NCBI RefSeq assembly: GCF_006345805.1
Contig: NC_043018.1
Span: forward strand, 19,902,001-19,966,000
Direction: 5' to 3'
Length of the DNA stretch: 64,000 bases
From: Octopus sinensis
Taxonomy: Eukaryota
Positions 37,430-50,413 of this stretch are shown piece after piece. The translations under genes and the position numbers were made by a program. The notes beneath the pieces are model-generated. The model was not told where the DNA came from, ran no database searches, and was given only the letters and a program-made list of their open reading frames with translations. Position 1 is the stretch's first letter; the number at the start of each line of letters is the position of its first letter.

Positions 37430-38255
37430 CATGTGCTTTTATGCACCAAGTGTCCTTATGAGAGATCCTCTCAAGGTAAGTAGTGCAGTAATCTGTGTTC
37501 TAGCATAACCTCCATGTTAAGTTGGACATCAAGATTGTCTTTTGGTATTAACACTGCCTCTAATGACATTAATTAATTTTTAATAAGCCCACTGGCTATT
37601 TGTGACACTAGTGCTTGGGTAGACACTGATATTCTATATATGGCTGTGCTACTACTGCTGGATATCTGTCACTGAAGAACCCACAGCAGGGTGAAATCAC
37701 ATGATCCAGCAGTTCCAGTGGCCATAGCAGATGGTTCTCTTCTGTCAATGATATAACAAGTATTTTTATGCACCACAAACCGTTATGAGAGGTCTTCTCA
37801 CGGTAAATAACTCAGTATTCTGGTTCTAAAACAACCTTCATGTTAAGTTGAAGATCAAGATTATCTTCCGGTATTCATGCTGCTTCAGTCACTATCAATT
37901 ATTTTTTAATAAACCCACTAACTATTTTTGCAACACCAGTGCCTAAATAAACACTGATATTCTTTATATCACTGGCAGAAGATCCAGCTGTTGTGACGTG
38001 ACCGGATGTCTGTCACTGAAAAACATATAGCAGGGTGAAATCACGGGATCTGACTCTTCTGGTGGCCATAACAGATGGTTCTTGTCCATCAACAATATAA
38101 ATAAAAGTGCTTTTATGCACTACAAGTCCATATGAGGGTCCTCTCATGGTAATTAATGCATTATTTTGTGTTGTAACACAACATTGAAGTTAAGTTGGGA
38201 ATAAAGATTGCCATTTCACATCGATACTTCTCTTGTCACTATTAATTATTTTTTA
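37430..38255 (+). repeat. Diverged ~345-bp tandem array (about 2.4 units) carrying hammerhead motifs
   Basis: TTTTATGCAC at ~37437, 37764 and 38111; cores CTGAAGA 37672-78 and CTGAAAA 38016-22. Confidence 0.75.
37666..37712 (+). ncRNA. Type I hammerhead motif (second copy at 38010-38054)
   Basis: CTGTCA-CTGAAGA-ACCC acagca GGGT-GAAA-TCA ca TGA-TC; copy 2 supplies the matching stem I (GTCA/TGAC). Confidence 0.65.
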
Positions 38256-38490
38256 CAATTATAATCCCAATAACCCTAATCACTAACTCATATGTCTTCG
38301 TTATTCAATCATTATTACTGGGGATTTAACGTTTAGTCTTAGTCCGGTTTGGTCAGTCACCATTGTTATGCAACAACTGATTTAGTCTAATCAATCAACG
38401 AATCACTGCTGCTGCCCCAGTTTAACGATTTAGCAAAAAGCCCCACGGGGGTCATGTTAGTATGTAATGGGAAAACACTTAGTAAAATGT

Positions 38491-38522
<32 letters not shown>

Positions 38523-38774
38523 CTACATTAACCTACTTTAAACATTCATAATTTGAGTGATGAATAATGATTTCTTAAGTGCAGTGGTGGTGGTGGTGAC
38601 GATGGTGGTTGTTGTGGTGGTAGGGATGGTGGTGGTGGTGGTTGTAGTGGTGGTGGAGTGGTGGTGTTGGTGGCGGTGGTGATACTGATGGTGGCTGTGG
38701 TGGTGGTGGTGGTGGTAGTTAGTTGTGGAAGGGGACACTGATTCTAAATTTCATTAACTACTTCCATTCCCTTC

Positions 38775-39635
38775 TGTCTCACCATTACCATCATGACCAT
38801 CACCACCACCACCACCACCATTGTCATTGTGCTTGTTATCATATTATCATCATCATCACCATCATCATCACTACCACAACCCTGATCTTCATCGTTGTCA
38901 CCACCCCCACCATCATCATCATCATCACAAACATCTGCATCATCATCAACACAATCACTCCCACCATCATCACCATGACCTCCACCACTACCATCATCAC
39001 CACCATCATCACGATGACCACCATCCCCATCATCACTACCACCATCATCACCACGACCTCTACGGCTACCATCATCACCACCATCATCACGATGACCACC
39101 ATCCCCATCATCACTACCACCATCATCACCACGACCTCTACGGCTACCATCATCACCACCATCATCAAGATGACCACCATCCCCATCATCACTCCCACCA
39201 TCATCACCACGACCTCTACGGCTACCATCATCACCACCATCATCACGATGACCACCATCCCCATCATCACTACCACCATCATCACCACGACCTCCACCGC
39301 TACCATCATCATCACCATCATCACGATGACCACCATCCCCATCATCACTCCCATCATCATCACCACGACCTCCACCGCTACCATCATCACCACCATCATC
39401 ATGATGACCAGCATCCCCATCATCATCACCACAACCTCCCACCATCATCACCACGACCTCCACCACTACCACTACCATCATCATCACCATCATCACCATC
39501 ATCGCTCCCATCATCATCACCACGGCCTCCACCACTACCATCATCACCACCATCATCACGATCACCACCATCCCCATCATCACTACCATTATCATCATCA
39601 TCCCCATCATCACCACCATACCCATCGTCGTCATC
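38775..39635. repeat. (CAT/CAC)-rich tract with a 78-bp higher-order repeat x6
   Basis: GATGACCA at 39013, 39091, 39169, 39247, 39325 and 39403. Confidence 0.92.
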
Positions 39636-40051
39636 AACATGTGAGTACTAGTGACCTCCTTATATGTTCCTTCATTAGTACTCCTCATTTGAAGTATTCT
39701 CTTCCTGTAATAAAAAAAAAAAAAAAAGACCGAAACATTATTTATTACATTTTTATGGTATTTATTTATTTATTTATTTATTGGTTTGTTTATTCAAGAC
39801 TTTATTTCCATCTATTTCATTTCCTTTTCAATTTTATTGATTCGTTCCGTCCCCCCCCCACCCCCACCGTCGGCCCCCTCCGTTTCGTTTTGCTGACTTT
39901 TCATTTAATTACCATCAGATAGATAACACGTACCTGCATCATCAATATTTCTCTCATCACTTAACGTCATTTTTCGGTGCAAGACGTGAGGAATGTCATT
40001 GACCTTATTGGCACTAAAAGCACCGTTTTTAACACCATCATCATCATCATC

Positions 40052-40355
40052 GTGCTGTGTGGTAAGTTAGCTTGCTTACCAACCACGTGGTTCTGGGGTT
40101 CAGTCTCACTGTGTGGCACCTTGGGCAAGTGTCTTCTGCTACAGCCTCGGGCCAACCAAAGCCTTGTGAATAGATTTGGTAGACGGAAGTGGAAAGATGC
40201 TGATGTGTTTATGTCCCTGTAACCTGGTGGTTCAGCAAAAGATACTGATAGAATAAGTACTAGGCTTACAAACAATAAGTCCTGGGGTCATTTTGTTTGA
40301 CTAAAGGCAGTGCTCCAGCATGGCCACAGTCAAATGACTGAAACAAATAAAAGAA
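40052..40355 (+). mobile_element. Family K SINE lacking the central microsatellite segment
   Basis: GCTGTGTGGTAAG head; GACGGAAGTGGAAAGATGCTGATGTG junction; GAAACAAATAAAAGA tail. Confidence 0.8.
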
Positions 40356-40523
40356 TATATATATTTACATATTGAATTGATAAAAGTTGTTTTTTTTCTA
40401 ATTTATATATATATATATAGTATATTTTGTGAAATTTTATTTAGTATTTCTAAATTAAATTCTTTCCTGTAAGTTTGGAATTATATTCCCAAATAATAAT
40501 AATAATTATTATTATTATTATTA

Positions 40524-40970
40524 TGCCTCGCCTCGCCCCCATGCCGGTGGCACGTAAAAGCACCATCCGTTTGTGGCCGTTTGCCAGCCTCGCCTGGCCC
40601 CCGTGCCGGTGGCACGTAAAAGCACCATCCGTTCATGTCCGTTGCCAGCCTTGCCTGGCCCCCGTGCCGGTGGCATGTAAAAGCACCATCCGTTCGTGTC
40701 CGTTGCCAGCATCGCCTGGCCCCCGTGCCGGTGACACGTAAAAGCACCATCCGTTCGTGGCCGTTTGCCAGCTCCGTCTGGCACCTGTGCGGGTGGCACG
40801 TAAAAAGCACCCACTACACTCACGGAGTGGTTGGCGTTAAGAAGGGCATCCAGCCGTAGAAACACTGCCAGATCAGACTGGCCTGGTGCAGCCTTCGGGC
40901 TTGCCAGACCCCAGTTGAACCGTCCAACCCATGCTAGCATGGAAAGCGGATGTTAAATGATGATGATGAT
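40524..40970 (+). mobile_element. Family T with five ~61-63-bp modules
   Basis: CACC of AAAAGCACC at 40561, 40623, 40684, 40745 and 40808. Confidence 0.9.
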
Positions 40971-42093
40971 ACTATGGGCTTCTTTTAGTTTCCATCTACC
41001 AAATCCATTGACAAAACTTTGGTTGGCCTGAAGCTATTGTAAAAAAGTAACTTGCTCAAGGTGCCATGCCTGTGTATATTCATTTATGTCTACATGTATT
41101 GTGATCCGTTTTCCTTTTAGTGCAATAGAATAAATCACTCTCTCTCTCATCTCAAGGCCGCCGTTGTCCATTAACGAAATGATTGCAGAATAATTAAGAG
41201 AAACAGGATGTGTTGCTAACGATGCTAAGGTTCTGGTACAACCTTGAAGAAACCTTATTTTTTCCTGAAAATTCTTCCTTTCTGTGTTTTTTATTTTTTT
41301 GTTTTTTTTTTTTTTTGGCTGACATCAGTGTCATAGTTTGCGAGTCTCTCACAATGACTGATCATTGGCTGATTTCTGTCATCGTCATCATCTTTGGTGT
41401 CGCTGCTGCTGCTGCTGTATTTCCCGTTACCAGTCCTCATCTGTTTCCAAGAATTATGATACCCTTTTCCTCCCTGCCCCCTCCCTTGGTCCTTTGAACA
41501 TGAACGGAACAAAGGCCGGACATGTTTTCACAGAAGATTGCAAATGAATCACACTGCTTGTATGATGGGGATGGTCATTTACAACTAGCTTGTGGTGTCA
41601 AGGCAAAGTGATCCTATCATACATTCATGCACACACACACACACACACACATCACACACACATGCACACACTGCACACATACATGTATGTACTCACAAAT
41701 ATCACACTGGTGCACACACATGTACATACACACAAATATCACACTCATGCACACATACATATTCACAAATATGACACAGATGCATACACATTCACACACA
41801 CACACACACACACACTTATACACAAATATCACACATATAGAAACACATACACACAAATATCACATCATAGACTCACACACACACTAACATACACACCACA
41901 AATATCACACACACACATGATGATCTTCTTTCAGCATCCTCCTGTTTCAAATCCAATTCACTCCGAAGGCTTTGTTCCACCTGGGGCTATAGTCGAAAAC
42001 ACCTGAACGTACCTACAAGCGGGACTGAACCAGGCATCACGTGGTTCATAAACCACGCAACCCTAACCCCTGCACCTAAATTTCTAAATATCG

Positions 42094-42233
42094 TTAGGAA
42101 GGGCATCCAGCCGTAGAAACACTGCCAGATCTGACTAGGCCTGATGAAGCCTTCCGGCTTCACAGACCCCAGTTGAACCGTCCAACCCATGCTAGCTTGG
42201 AAAATGGACACTAAACGATGATGATGATGATGA
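42094..42233 (+). mobile_element. Family T, 3' tail only
   Basis: GTTAGGAAGGGCATCCAGC...CTAAACGATGATG. Confidence 0.85.
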
Positions 42234-42832
42234 TTCCGCAGCGATTAAGATGGGACCAAATTTTGAAATCCTTTGTATAATTCCTTCCGAAATCTGGAAT
42301 GGAAATATTTAATTTATGCCGATTCCACTGATATTTTACTAAGGATTGGATTTCTGTCGGTCCACTTCCTACCTTTCATAATGAAACCATTGAAGAAGCT
42401 AATCACAACCAGAAACGCCTTTGTTTTGACCGTTTTCTGTCCGACGGACTCTTTGTCATTCTGTCTGTCTGTGCGTCTATCTCTCTTCCATTTGCACTTT
42501 TGTTTCTATCAAATGCCATAATCTTTCTCTGGTTATTACCTTTCATTTCCCTTGAGAGGCTTCGACAAACACAAATACCATTTCCATATACACCACAAGT
42601 GAATAAGGATTACTTTGCAAGCACATAATGCATGTATGTATGCTCGACCGACTTTAGAGATTTAAAGGTCGTTGTGTTGACCTTAGTGAGTAACACTTGC
42701 TGTTTTATTATGCATGTGTGCATGCGTGGTTGTCCGCAGAGATTTAAAAATTAGGTCGGGGATATGAAGTTTGCAATTTACTTGAAAGCACATGTTCTTC
42801 TTTCATGTGTGATAATATTTTATATATGTGTA

Positions 42833-42897
<65 letters not shown>

Positions 42898-43043
42898 GTA
42901 TGTGTATATATTTATGTATATATGTGTATATATGTATATGCATGTGGAAAGAGACAGAGAGAGAGATAGAGAGGGAGAGCATTGTGTGGGGAGAGAGAGG
43001 GAGAGAGCATTTTTAGGCTCTGTCGTAGAGAAAGCTAGTAAGC

Positions 43044-43102
<59 letters not shown>

Positions 43103-43326
43103 TGTGTGTGTCTTCAATGTAGACCAAAATTAATGGAGGAAATCTGTTAAAATGTTAAAGTACCTGAACAAATGTGTTTGATATTGTTTATCCCGATATC
43201 TCCCCGAGTTCAACTCTCACCCAGGCAGGTTGACTTTGTCCTTTACCCCTCCAGGGGTTTCAGTGAAATATGTTACCAATAATATTACCAATGAGTTTGT
43301 GCTACCACTTCATTACTTTTTGACTG

Positions 43327-43346
43327 TTCACACACACACACACACA

Positions 43347-43387
<41 letters not shown>

Positions 43388-43464
43388 ACACACACCACAC
43401 ACACACACACTCACACACACACACATACAACACACACACACACACACACACTCACACACACACT

Positions 43465-43496
<32 letters not shown>

Positions 43497-43576
43497 CACT
43501 CACACACACACACTCACACACAACACACCACACACTCACACACAACACACACACACACACACTCACACACACAACT

Positions 43577-43607
<31 letters not shown>

Positions 43608-43640
43608 ACACACACACACACACAAACCCACACACACACA

Positions 43641-43676
<36 letters not shown>

Positions 43677-43779
43677 ACACACACACACAACACACACATA
43701 CACACCACTCACACACACACACATACACACACACACACACTCACACACACACACACACTCACACACACACACACACACA

Positions 43780-43818
<39 letters not shown>

Positions 43819-43877
43819 ACACACACACACACACACTCACCACACACACACACCACTCACACACACCACACACACAC

Positions 43878-43910
<33 letters not shown>

Positions 43911-44135
43911 CACACACTCACCACACCACCACACACACACACACAACACCACACACACACACACACACACACCACACTCACACACACAACACCACACACA
44001 CACACACTCACACCACCACCACTCACACACACACACTCACACCACACACACACACACACACACACTCACACACACACACTCACACACACACACACCACAC
44101 ACACTCACCACACACACACACTCACAACACACACA

Positions 44136-44180
<45 letters not shown>

Positions 44181-44263
44181 ACACCACACTCACACACACG
44201 CACACACACACACACTCACGCACACACACACTCACACACACACACTCACACACACACACACAC

Positions 44264-44297
<34 letters not shown>

Positions 44298-44388
44298 ACA
44301 CACACACTCACACACACACACTCACCCCACACACTCACACACACACACACACCACACCACACAACACACACTCACACACACACACACT

Positions 44389-44419
<31 letters not shown>

Positions 44420-44425
44420 ACACAC
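43327..44425. repeat. ~1.1-kb imperfect (CA)n microsatellite
   Basis: Direct reading. Confidence 0.97.
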
Positions 44426-45339
44426 ATGTATATATACTGCATTCAAATTTTGGAATGGTCTACTCACATTTAGTGTTGGTTTGCTTTTGGGCAGGTCTTG
44501 TGCATGTTAACCCCCAGCACTCTCCATATGATTTAGGAGGGCCCATATCCTCCCCTGGCACACTACTAAGGAGATTACTGGAACTATGACCATCCATGGG
44601 ATGAATGCCGGAAGGGTTTCTCGTTGCCTTCTCCAAGCAGGTGGGAATTGAACTCAGAATGTAGAGTTGGAATATATACCGCAAAGCATTCCTGCCAATG
44701 ATTCTGGCACTCTCCCACCCATTAGCACAATGTCAAATGAAGTGTTTTGCTCGAGAACACCACATGTCACCCTATCCAAGAATCGAACTCATGGTCTGGC
44801 AATTTGCGAGAGCAACTCCTTAATCTCTATGTGCCTTCACTATAGAACGCTGACACTGTTGAAATATTTTCCATTGTTATCATAGATTTGGCAGTTTCAC
44901 TTTCGGGTCATCGTCCATTGGGACAATCATAATCTAGATTCTTTTTTTTTTTTTTTGCCTTCCATTTATTTTTTTTTTTTCGAAAGCAGAAGAATTTCTC
45001 TGAAATACTTTCTTTCATTTCAAAATTCTGCTTCCATTCCCATCAACACATGCGACGAGGAATTTACATCATATTTCGCTATATTTACTTCTTCTGTCAC
45101 GTATATTCCAGCAGAATTATTTTATTTTTACCATTTTCAGCAAATAATGTGGGTGGCTTTATGCATATCTGTGTGTTTTTATAGGCACGCATTCATTTTA
45201 TTCTGTGCATGTGTTTGTGCATATGCACTTTTGCACGTCTATGCTTGCATGATTATATTAATAGGAAACAGCTTATTTTCAAGTCAACACATTAAAACTC
45301 TGGCGAGTATCTCCAAAATGGTACCCCATCCACAGTATT

Positions 45340-46140
45340 ATGATGCACAATAGTATTATGCTGCACAATATTGTGCATCCTACAAGACAGCAAGCTGACA
45401 GAATCGTCAGCTTGCTGGACAAAGGCTTGGTGGCATCGTCTTTATACATTCTGTGTTCAAATTCTACCAAGGTTGATTTTACCATTCATCCTTTGGGGGT
45501 CGGTAAAATAAGTCCCTGTTGAAGACTAGGGTCAATGTAATCAACAAACCCTCTCCCTCCCCAAATTGCTGGCCTTGTGCCTAAATTTGAAGCCGATATT
45601 GTGCATCATACATAATATGGTGCACAATATATACTGCAGTGCATTGTATGCACAACATGATCTGCCATACATGACATGGTGCAGAATACATGCTGCAATG
45701 CAGTGTATGCAAAATTTGGTGCACCATACATAATATGATGCATTTTGTACAAGATATTGTGCATCACTTACAATATTATGTGCTTAACACATAAAAGTGC
45801 ACCATATACATATGCTGCAGCATATGCAATATGATGTACCACACACAGTATGGTGCTATGCACAATATCATACACCCTGTATAGTCTGTTCCATGTATAG
45901 TCTGGTGTACATGCACACTGTGGGATATCATACATAATGTGTTGCACTGTGCACACTTATACAGTATGCGCAGTTTAGTACATCATACATGATCTAATGC
46001 ATCATACACTGTCTTATGCACCATACACAGAGTGGCACACCATACATAGTTGTGGTGGGCCATACATCATTGGCTAAACCATACATAGCATTGTGTCCTA
46101 CATACATTATGGCACATCAGACACAATATAATTTATATTT
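45340..46140. repeat. Degenerate TGCA/CATAC-rich minisatellite with an M SINE inserted at ~45385-45595
   Basis: Recurring ATATTGTGCATCATACATAATATG-like units; related stretch at ~47020-47105. Confidence 0.65.
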
Positions 46141-46214
46141 CTACTGTAGGTACAAGGCTCGAAATCTGGAGGGATTTTTATAGTAATCCATATTGTTAAT
46201 ATTTTTTTTTCTAC

Positions 46215-46410
46215 TCAAGGCCCAAAATTTTTGAGGGAGGAGGCCAGTCAATTAGATCGACCCCCAGTATGCCACTGGTACTTAATTTATCGACTCCGAA
46301 AGGATGAAAGGCAAAGTCAAACCTCGGCAGAATTTGAACCCAGAACATAACGATGAGCGAAATACCGCTAAGCATTTCATCCAGCGTGCTAACGATTCTG
46401 CCAGCTAATG
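46215..46410 (-). mobile_element. Family M SINE
   Basis: GAAAGGATGAAAGGCAAAGTC...GAAATACCGCTAAGC...GCCAGCT. Confidence 0.85.
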
Positions 46411-46467
46411 ACTCTGTGAAACACAGTATAATACATCATGCTCACTCTAGCATGAAATCTATACATG

Positions 46468-46830
46468 ACTCTCTTTTACTCTCTTTTACTTGTTTCAGTC
46501 ATTTGACTGCGGCCATGCTGGAGCGCCGCCTTTAATCGAGCAACTCGACCCTGGGACTTATTCTTTTTGTAAGCCCAGTACTTATTCTATTGGTCTCTTT
46601 TTGCCGAACCGCTAAGTAACGGGGACATAAACACACCAGCATCGGTTGTCAAGCAATGCTAGGGGGACAAATACAGACACACAAACACACGTACGCATAT
46701 AGATACATATATACGACGGGCTTCTTTCAGTTTCCGTCTACCAAATCCACTCACAAGGCTTTGGTCGGCCCGAGGCTATAGTAGAAGACACTTGCCCAAG
46801 GTTCCACGCAGTGGGACTGAACCCGGAACT
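46468..46830 (-). mobile_element. Family K SINE, 5'-truncated
   Basis: CTCTTTTACTTGTTTCAGTC...GGGACTGAACCCGGAAC. Confidence 0.88.
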
Positions 46831-47106
46831 GTGGAAGAAAATCTTCCGAGAGGCTGCTAGTGATGTCAGGCAACTGATACCTGTATCTCCTTGAAGCAAT
46901 TGTCTTACCTTCTTTTTGCCGTTTGCATCACGGTTTCGTTAAGGTTTAGTCTGTTGCACATTGTCCATTTCCTGTCGGAGCGTTTATAAACAATGGTAAA
47001 TCTAGGAGTTTTGTTTGCACCTTGCAATATGGTGCATCATGCTCGTTGTTGTACACCAAGCAATATGATGCACTGCATACAATCTGCTGTGCAGTGTATG
47101 GTGTAC

Positions 47107-47981
47107 TCTTCCACTTGTTTCAGTCATTTGACTGCAGCCATGCTGGAGCACCGCCTATTAGTCGAAGTAATCGACCCCAGGACTTATTCTTTGTAAGCTT
47201 GGTACTTATTCTATCGGTCACTTTTGCCGAACCGCTAAGTTACAGGGACATAAACACACCAACATCAGTTGACAAGCGACAGAGGGAGGAGGACAAACAA
47301 TGACACACACATTAGATATACATATATTATATATGCGACGGGCTTCTTTCAGTTTCCATCTACTAAATCCACTCACAAGGCTTTGGTCAGCCTGAGAACA
47401 CTTGCCCAAGGTGCCATGCAGTGGGACTGAACCTGGAACCATGTGGTTGGAAAGGAAGCTTCTTACCACACAGCCATGCCAGCACCATACATTATATGGG
47501 CCAGTATATATAATGTGTTGAATCTTCCTCAAAACGAAATAAAACTTCATCAGAAATTCACAGCCAGGAGTGGCTGTGTGGTAAGTAGCTTGCTAACCAA
47601 CCACATGGTTCCGGGTTCAGTCCCACTGCGTGGCATCTTGAGCAAGTGCCTTCTGCTATAGCCCCGGGCCGACTAATGCCTTGTGAGTGGATTTGGTAGA
47701 CGGAAACTGAAAGAAGCCTGTCGTATATATGTGTATATATATATATATAAGTGTGTGTGTATATGTTTGTGTGTCTGTGATTGTCCCCCTAGCATTGCTT
47801 GACAACCGATGCTGGTGTGTTTACGTCCCCGTCACTTAGCGTTTCGGCAAAAGAGACCGATAGAATAAGTACTGGGCTTACAAAGAATAAGTCCCGGGGT
47901 CGATTTGCTCGACTAAAGGCGGTGCTCCAGCATGGCCGCAGTCAAATGACTGAAACAAGTAAAAGAGTAAAGAGTAAAAGA
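47107..47981. mobile_element. Two head-to-head K SINEs (~47107-47480 minus; ~47564-47981 plus)
   Basis: Both show the K head, body and tail, in opposite orientation. Confidence 0.88.
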
Positions 47982-48769
47982 GAGCCAAATCATCAATGAA
48001 GTCCGTCCAGGCTCAACAAATGGTAAAGGTTGATAGTTTACTTGCAGTTCTTTACTTGTTAATGTCAGGCTTACAGACTTCACTGTTCTGGCTTCTCTAG
48101 TTCCATGGTTAGTCTTCTACTTTATAAACATCTCCATTCCAACACTGTTTCACTGCCAATCTCGCCAGGAAATTATTTCATTTTAGAAGTTAATTATTTT
48201 ACTGACAAGAAAAGCAATTTGTGAAAGTCAAAACCAAACAAAGTAAAAAAAAAAAAAAATGAAAGAGTCCAAGAAAAGCGAAGAAGGAATGAGACTTTAA
48301 AAGAGAGAGGGAGGAAGAATAGGAGAATGAAAGAGAGAAAGAGAATGAGTGAGAGAGTATGTGTTAATATGTGTGCTTAGAGTTGAAAACTTGTTCGAAA
48401 GAGGAAATATTTGATGGTCTTCAGATTAAATTACTAATGAAAGAACTGCTATTTCTTCACGCTTTGGAAACAAATGGAAATCATGAACAGCATACAGCTA
48501 AGAAGTTGTCACATATTTTACTGACAGAATTACAGGTACCAGCTACAGAGGTCTTGTTTTCATTTTACGTTTATTTGACAGATTTTGCAAGAAATACACG
48601 TCATTCCTCAAAACCTGTTGGCACTAAGAAATGGTATGTTGCACTAATAACATTAAACAGCCCTCTACTCTGAGTGTTTATAAATTGACCGTACTACTAG
48701 TGTTAATTGCTAACTGTGGATGGTGTTAATACAGGTTGCGTTAATAATATTAGCTTATTGGCAGCATTC

Positions 48770-49160
48770 TATCCGTCTTTACATTCTGAGTTCAAATTCT
48801 GCTAAGGTTGACTTAGCCTTTTATCCCTTCAGGGTTGATAGATTTAGTACCAGTTTAACCCTGCGGTCGATGTAATTGACTCCCCCACCTCCGAAATTGC
48901 TGGCCTTGTGCCAAAATTTGAAATCAATATTTCTTTGATTTAAAGCGGCGAACTGACAGAATCGTTAGCTTACTGGGGAATTGCTTAGTGGCATTTTGTC
49001 TGTCTTTGTGATCTGAGTTCAAATTCCACCAAGGTTAACCTTACCTTTCATACTTTCGGGGGGTCAATAAAATAAGTGCCAGCCAAGCACTGGTGTTGAT
49101 GGAATTGACTTACTCCCCTGCCCTGAAATTGCTGGGGTTGTGCCAAAATTTGAAACCAGT
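48770..49160 (+). mobile_element. Two tandem M SINEs
   Basis: GAGTTCAAATTC B-box at ~48788 and ~49016; GGCCTTGTGCCAAAATTTGAAA-type tails. Confidence 0.8.
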
Positions 49161-49232
49161 GACTGCGTGTGTACCGTTGGCGATTTTTTTTTTTCCTCCG
49201 TCTTCCCTTCTTTGGATCTTTCCTTTTCCTAT

Positions 49233-49267
49233 GTTTCTGATGAAGAGCTCCACTCGAAACGTTAAAT
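49233..49267 (+). ncRNA. Ultra-minimal type I hammerhead motif in a Penelope-like pLTR fragment (~49165-49375)
   Basis: GTTT-CTGATGA(49237-43)-A GAG ctcca CTC-GAAAC-GTT-AAAT; self-complementary AACGTT stem III. Confidence 0.6.
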
Positions 49268-49553
49268 CCTCCTTCTTTCTTTCCTTTCCTGAGCGTCCAA
49301 TAACACTATACTTCTTCCACGTCTTCGCATTGTTGTGTTTTCTCTGTGTTTTCATGTTTGGATTAACTTTATATATATATATATATTTGGACAGTTTATC
49401 CCAGCAGAAGATGAATTATTTTTTAAAGATGGAATATATGACATAGAGAAACATTGGGTAAACATCATAAATGAACATGGATCATACTTTGATTAAATAA
49501 ATTAGTTCGTTAACACTTTTGAAACATTTCATTGTTACCTTTCAAATACGACA

Positions 49554-49937
49554 TCTCTCTATATATAAACGGCAGTTTGTCTGTGCGTGTTTCTGTGTGT
49601 CTGTTTGCTTGTACCCTCACCCTGACCACGGCTTTCAACCGATTCTGATGAAACTTGACACACACATAGCCCAATGTCATAATTCAAAACTAACACAGCG
49701 AAAATTTTGAAAAGTTCCCCCAGTTCTGAAAAAAATCGATAAATTCGACTGGGGTCGAGAATCAGAAACACGAACCACAAACTGTCTAGGGGACGCAACT
49801 CCACCTTTTTTAAATCTCAAAAAAAAATTTACCATCATTTTTTTCCATTTTTTGGCTATTTTTTGGCTATAACTCTCTAAAAATGCTTTATGGTTATTTC
49901 CCTTACAAACCTGAGCAACGCCAGGCGATACTGCTAG
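49554..49937 (+). mobile_element. Non-autonomous Helitron
   Basis: A|TC at 49553/54; hairpin CCTG..CAGG 49910-25; CTAG 49934-37 followed by T. Confidence 0.82.
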
Positions 49938-50192
49938 TTTCATATAAAACAACCTAATATGAATATAGGCGCAGGAATGGTTGTGTGGTAAGAAGCTTGC
50001 TTCCCAACCACATGGTTCCAGGTTCTAAACGATGCTAATTCCTCATTGCTGTGGGTGTTAACAGAAATCATCGTTAGCTCCACATTACTGTCCCTCGGTG
50101 CTTTTCATAGTGGGCAGTGCTACTTCCCTGCAATGGTGGAAAATTTTATATGGGTACTGGGGACAAAGGAGTATATTGATTCCTGACATTAA

Positions 50193-50413
50193 CCCTTTTG
50201 TTACTGCATTTATTTTCAGATGCTCTGGGTTTCTTTCAATTATTCTAAATATAAAAAGAATTTAGTAAAATAACTTAGTTATCATTAAACTAGTGTTAGG
50301 AATGTAACTAGTGACTAAGGCTTGGTGGAATATTCTAATTCAAAACTTTTATGGAAACAAGACATTTTACCACAGAGCCAGAGCCGGTTTTGGCCGGGTT
50401 AGTAACAAAAGGG
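50193..50413. mobile_element. piggyBac-type MITE, 221 bp
   Basis: TTAA|CCCTTTTGTTAC...GTAACAAAAGGG|TTAG. Confidence 0.82.

Noticed and set aside
40540-40570. T module as a pistol or twister ribozyme
   Set aside because: Only the first hairpin and A-rich linker resemble pistol; downstream conserved stems and catalytic residues are missing.
45368-45607. 12-bp TSD around the M SINE
   Set aside because: The duplicated ATATTGTGCATC is also the host minisatellite motif and is offset from the SINE start.
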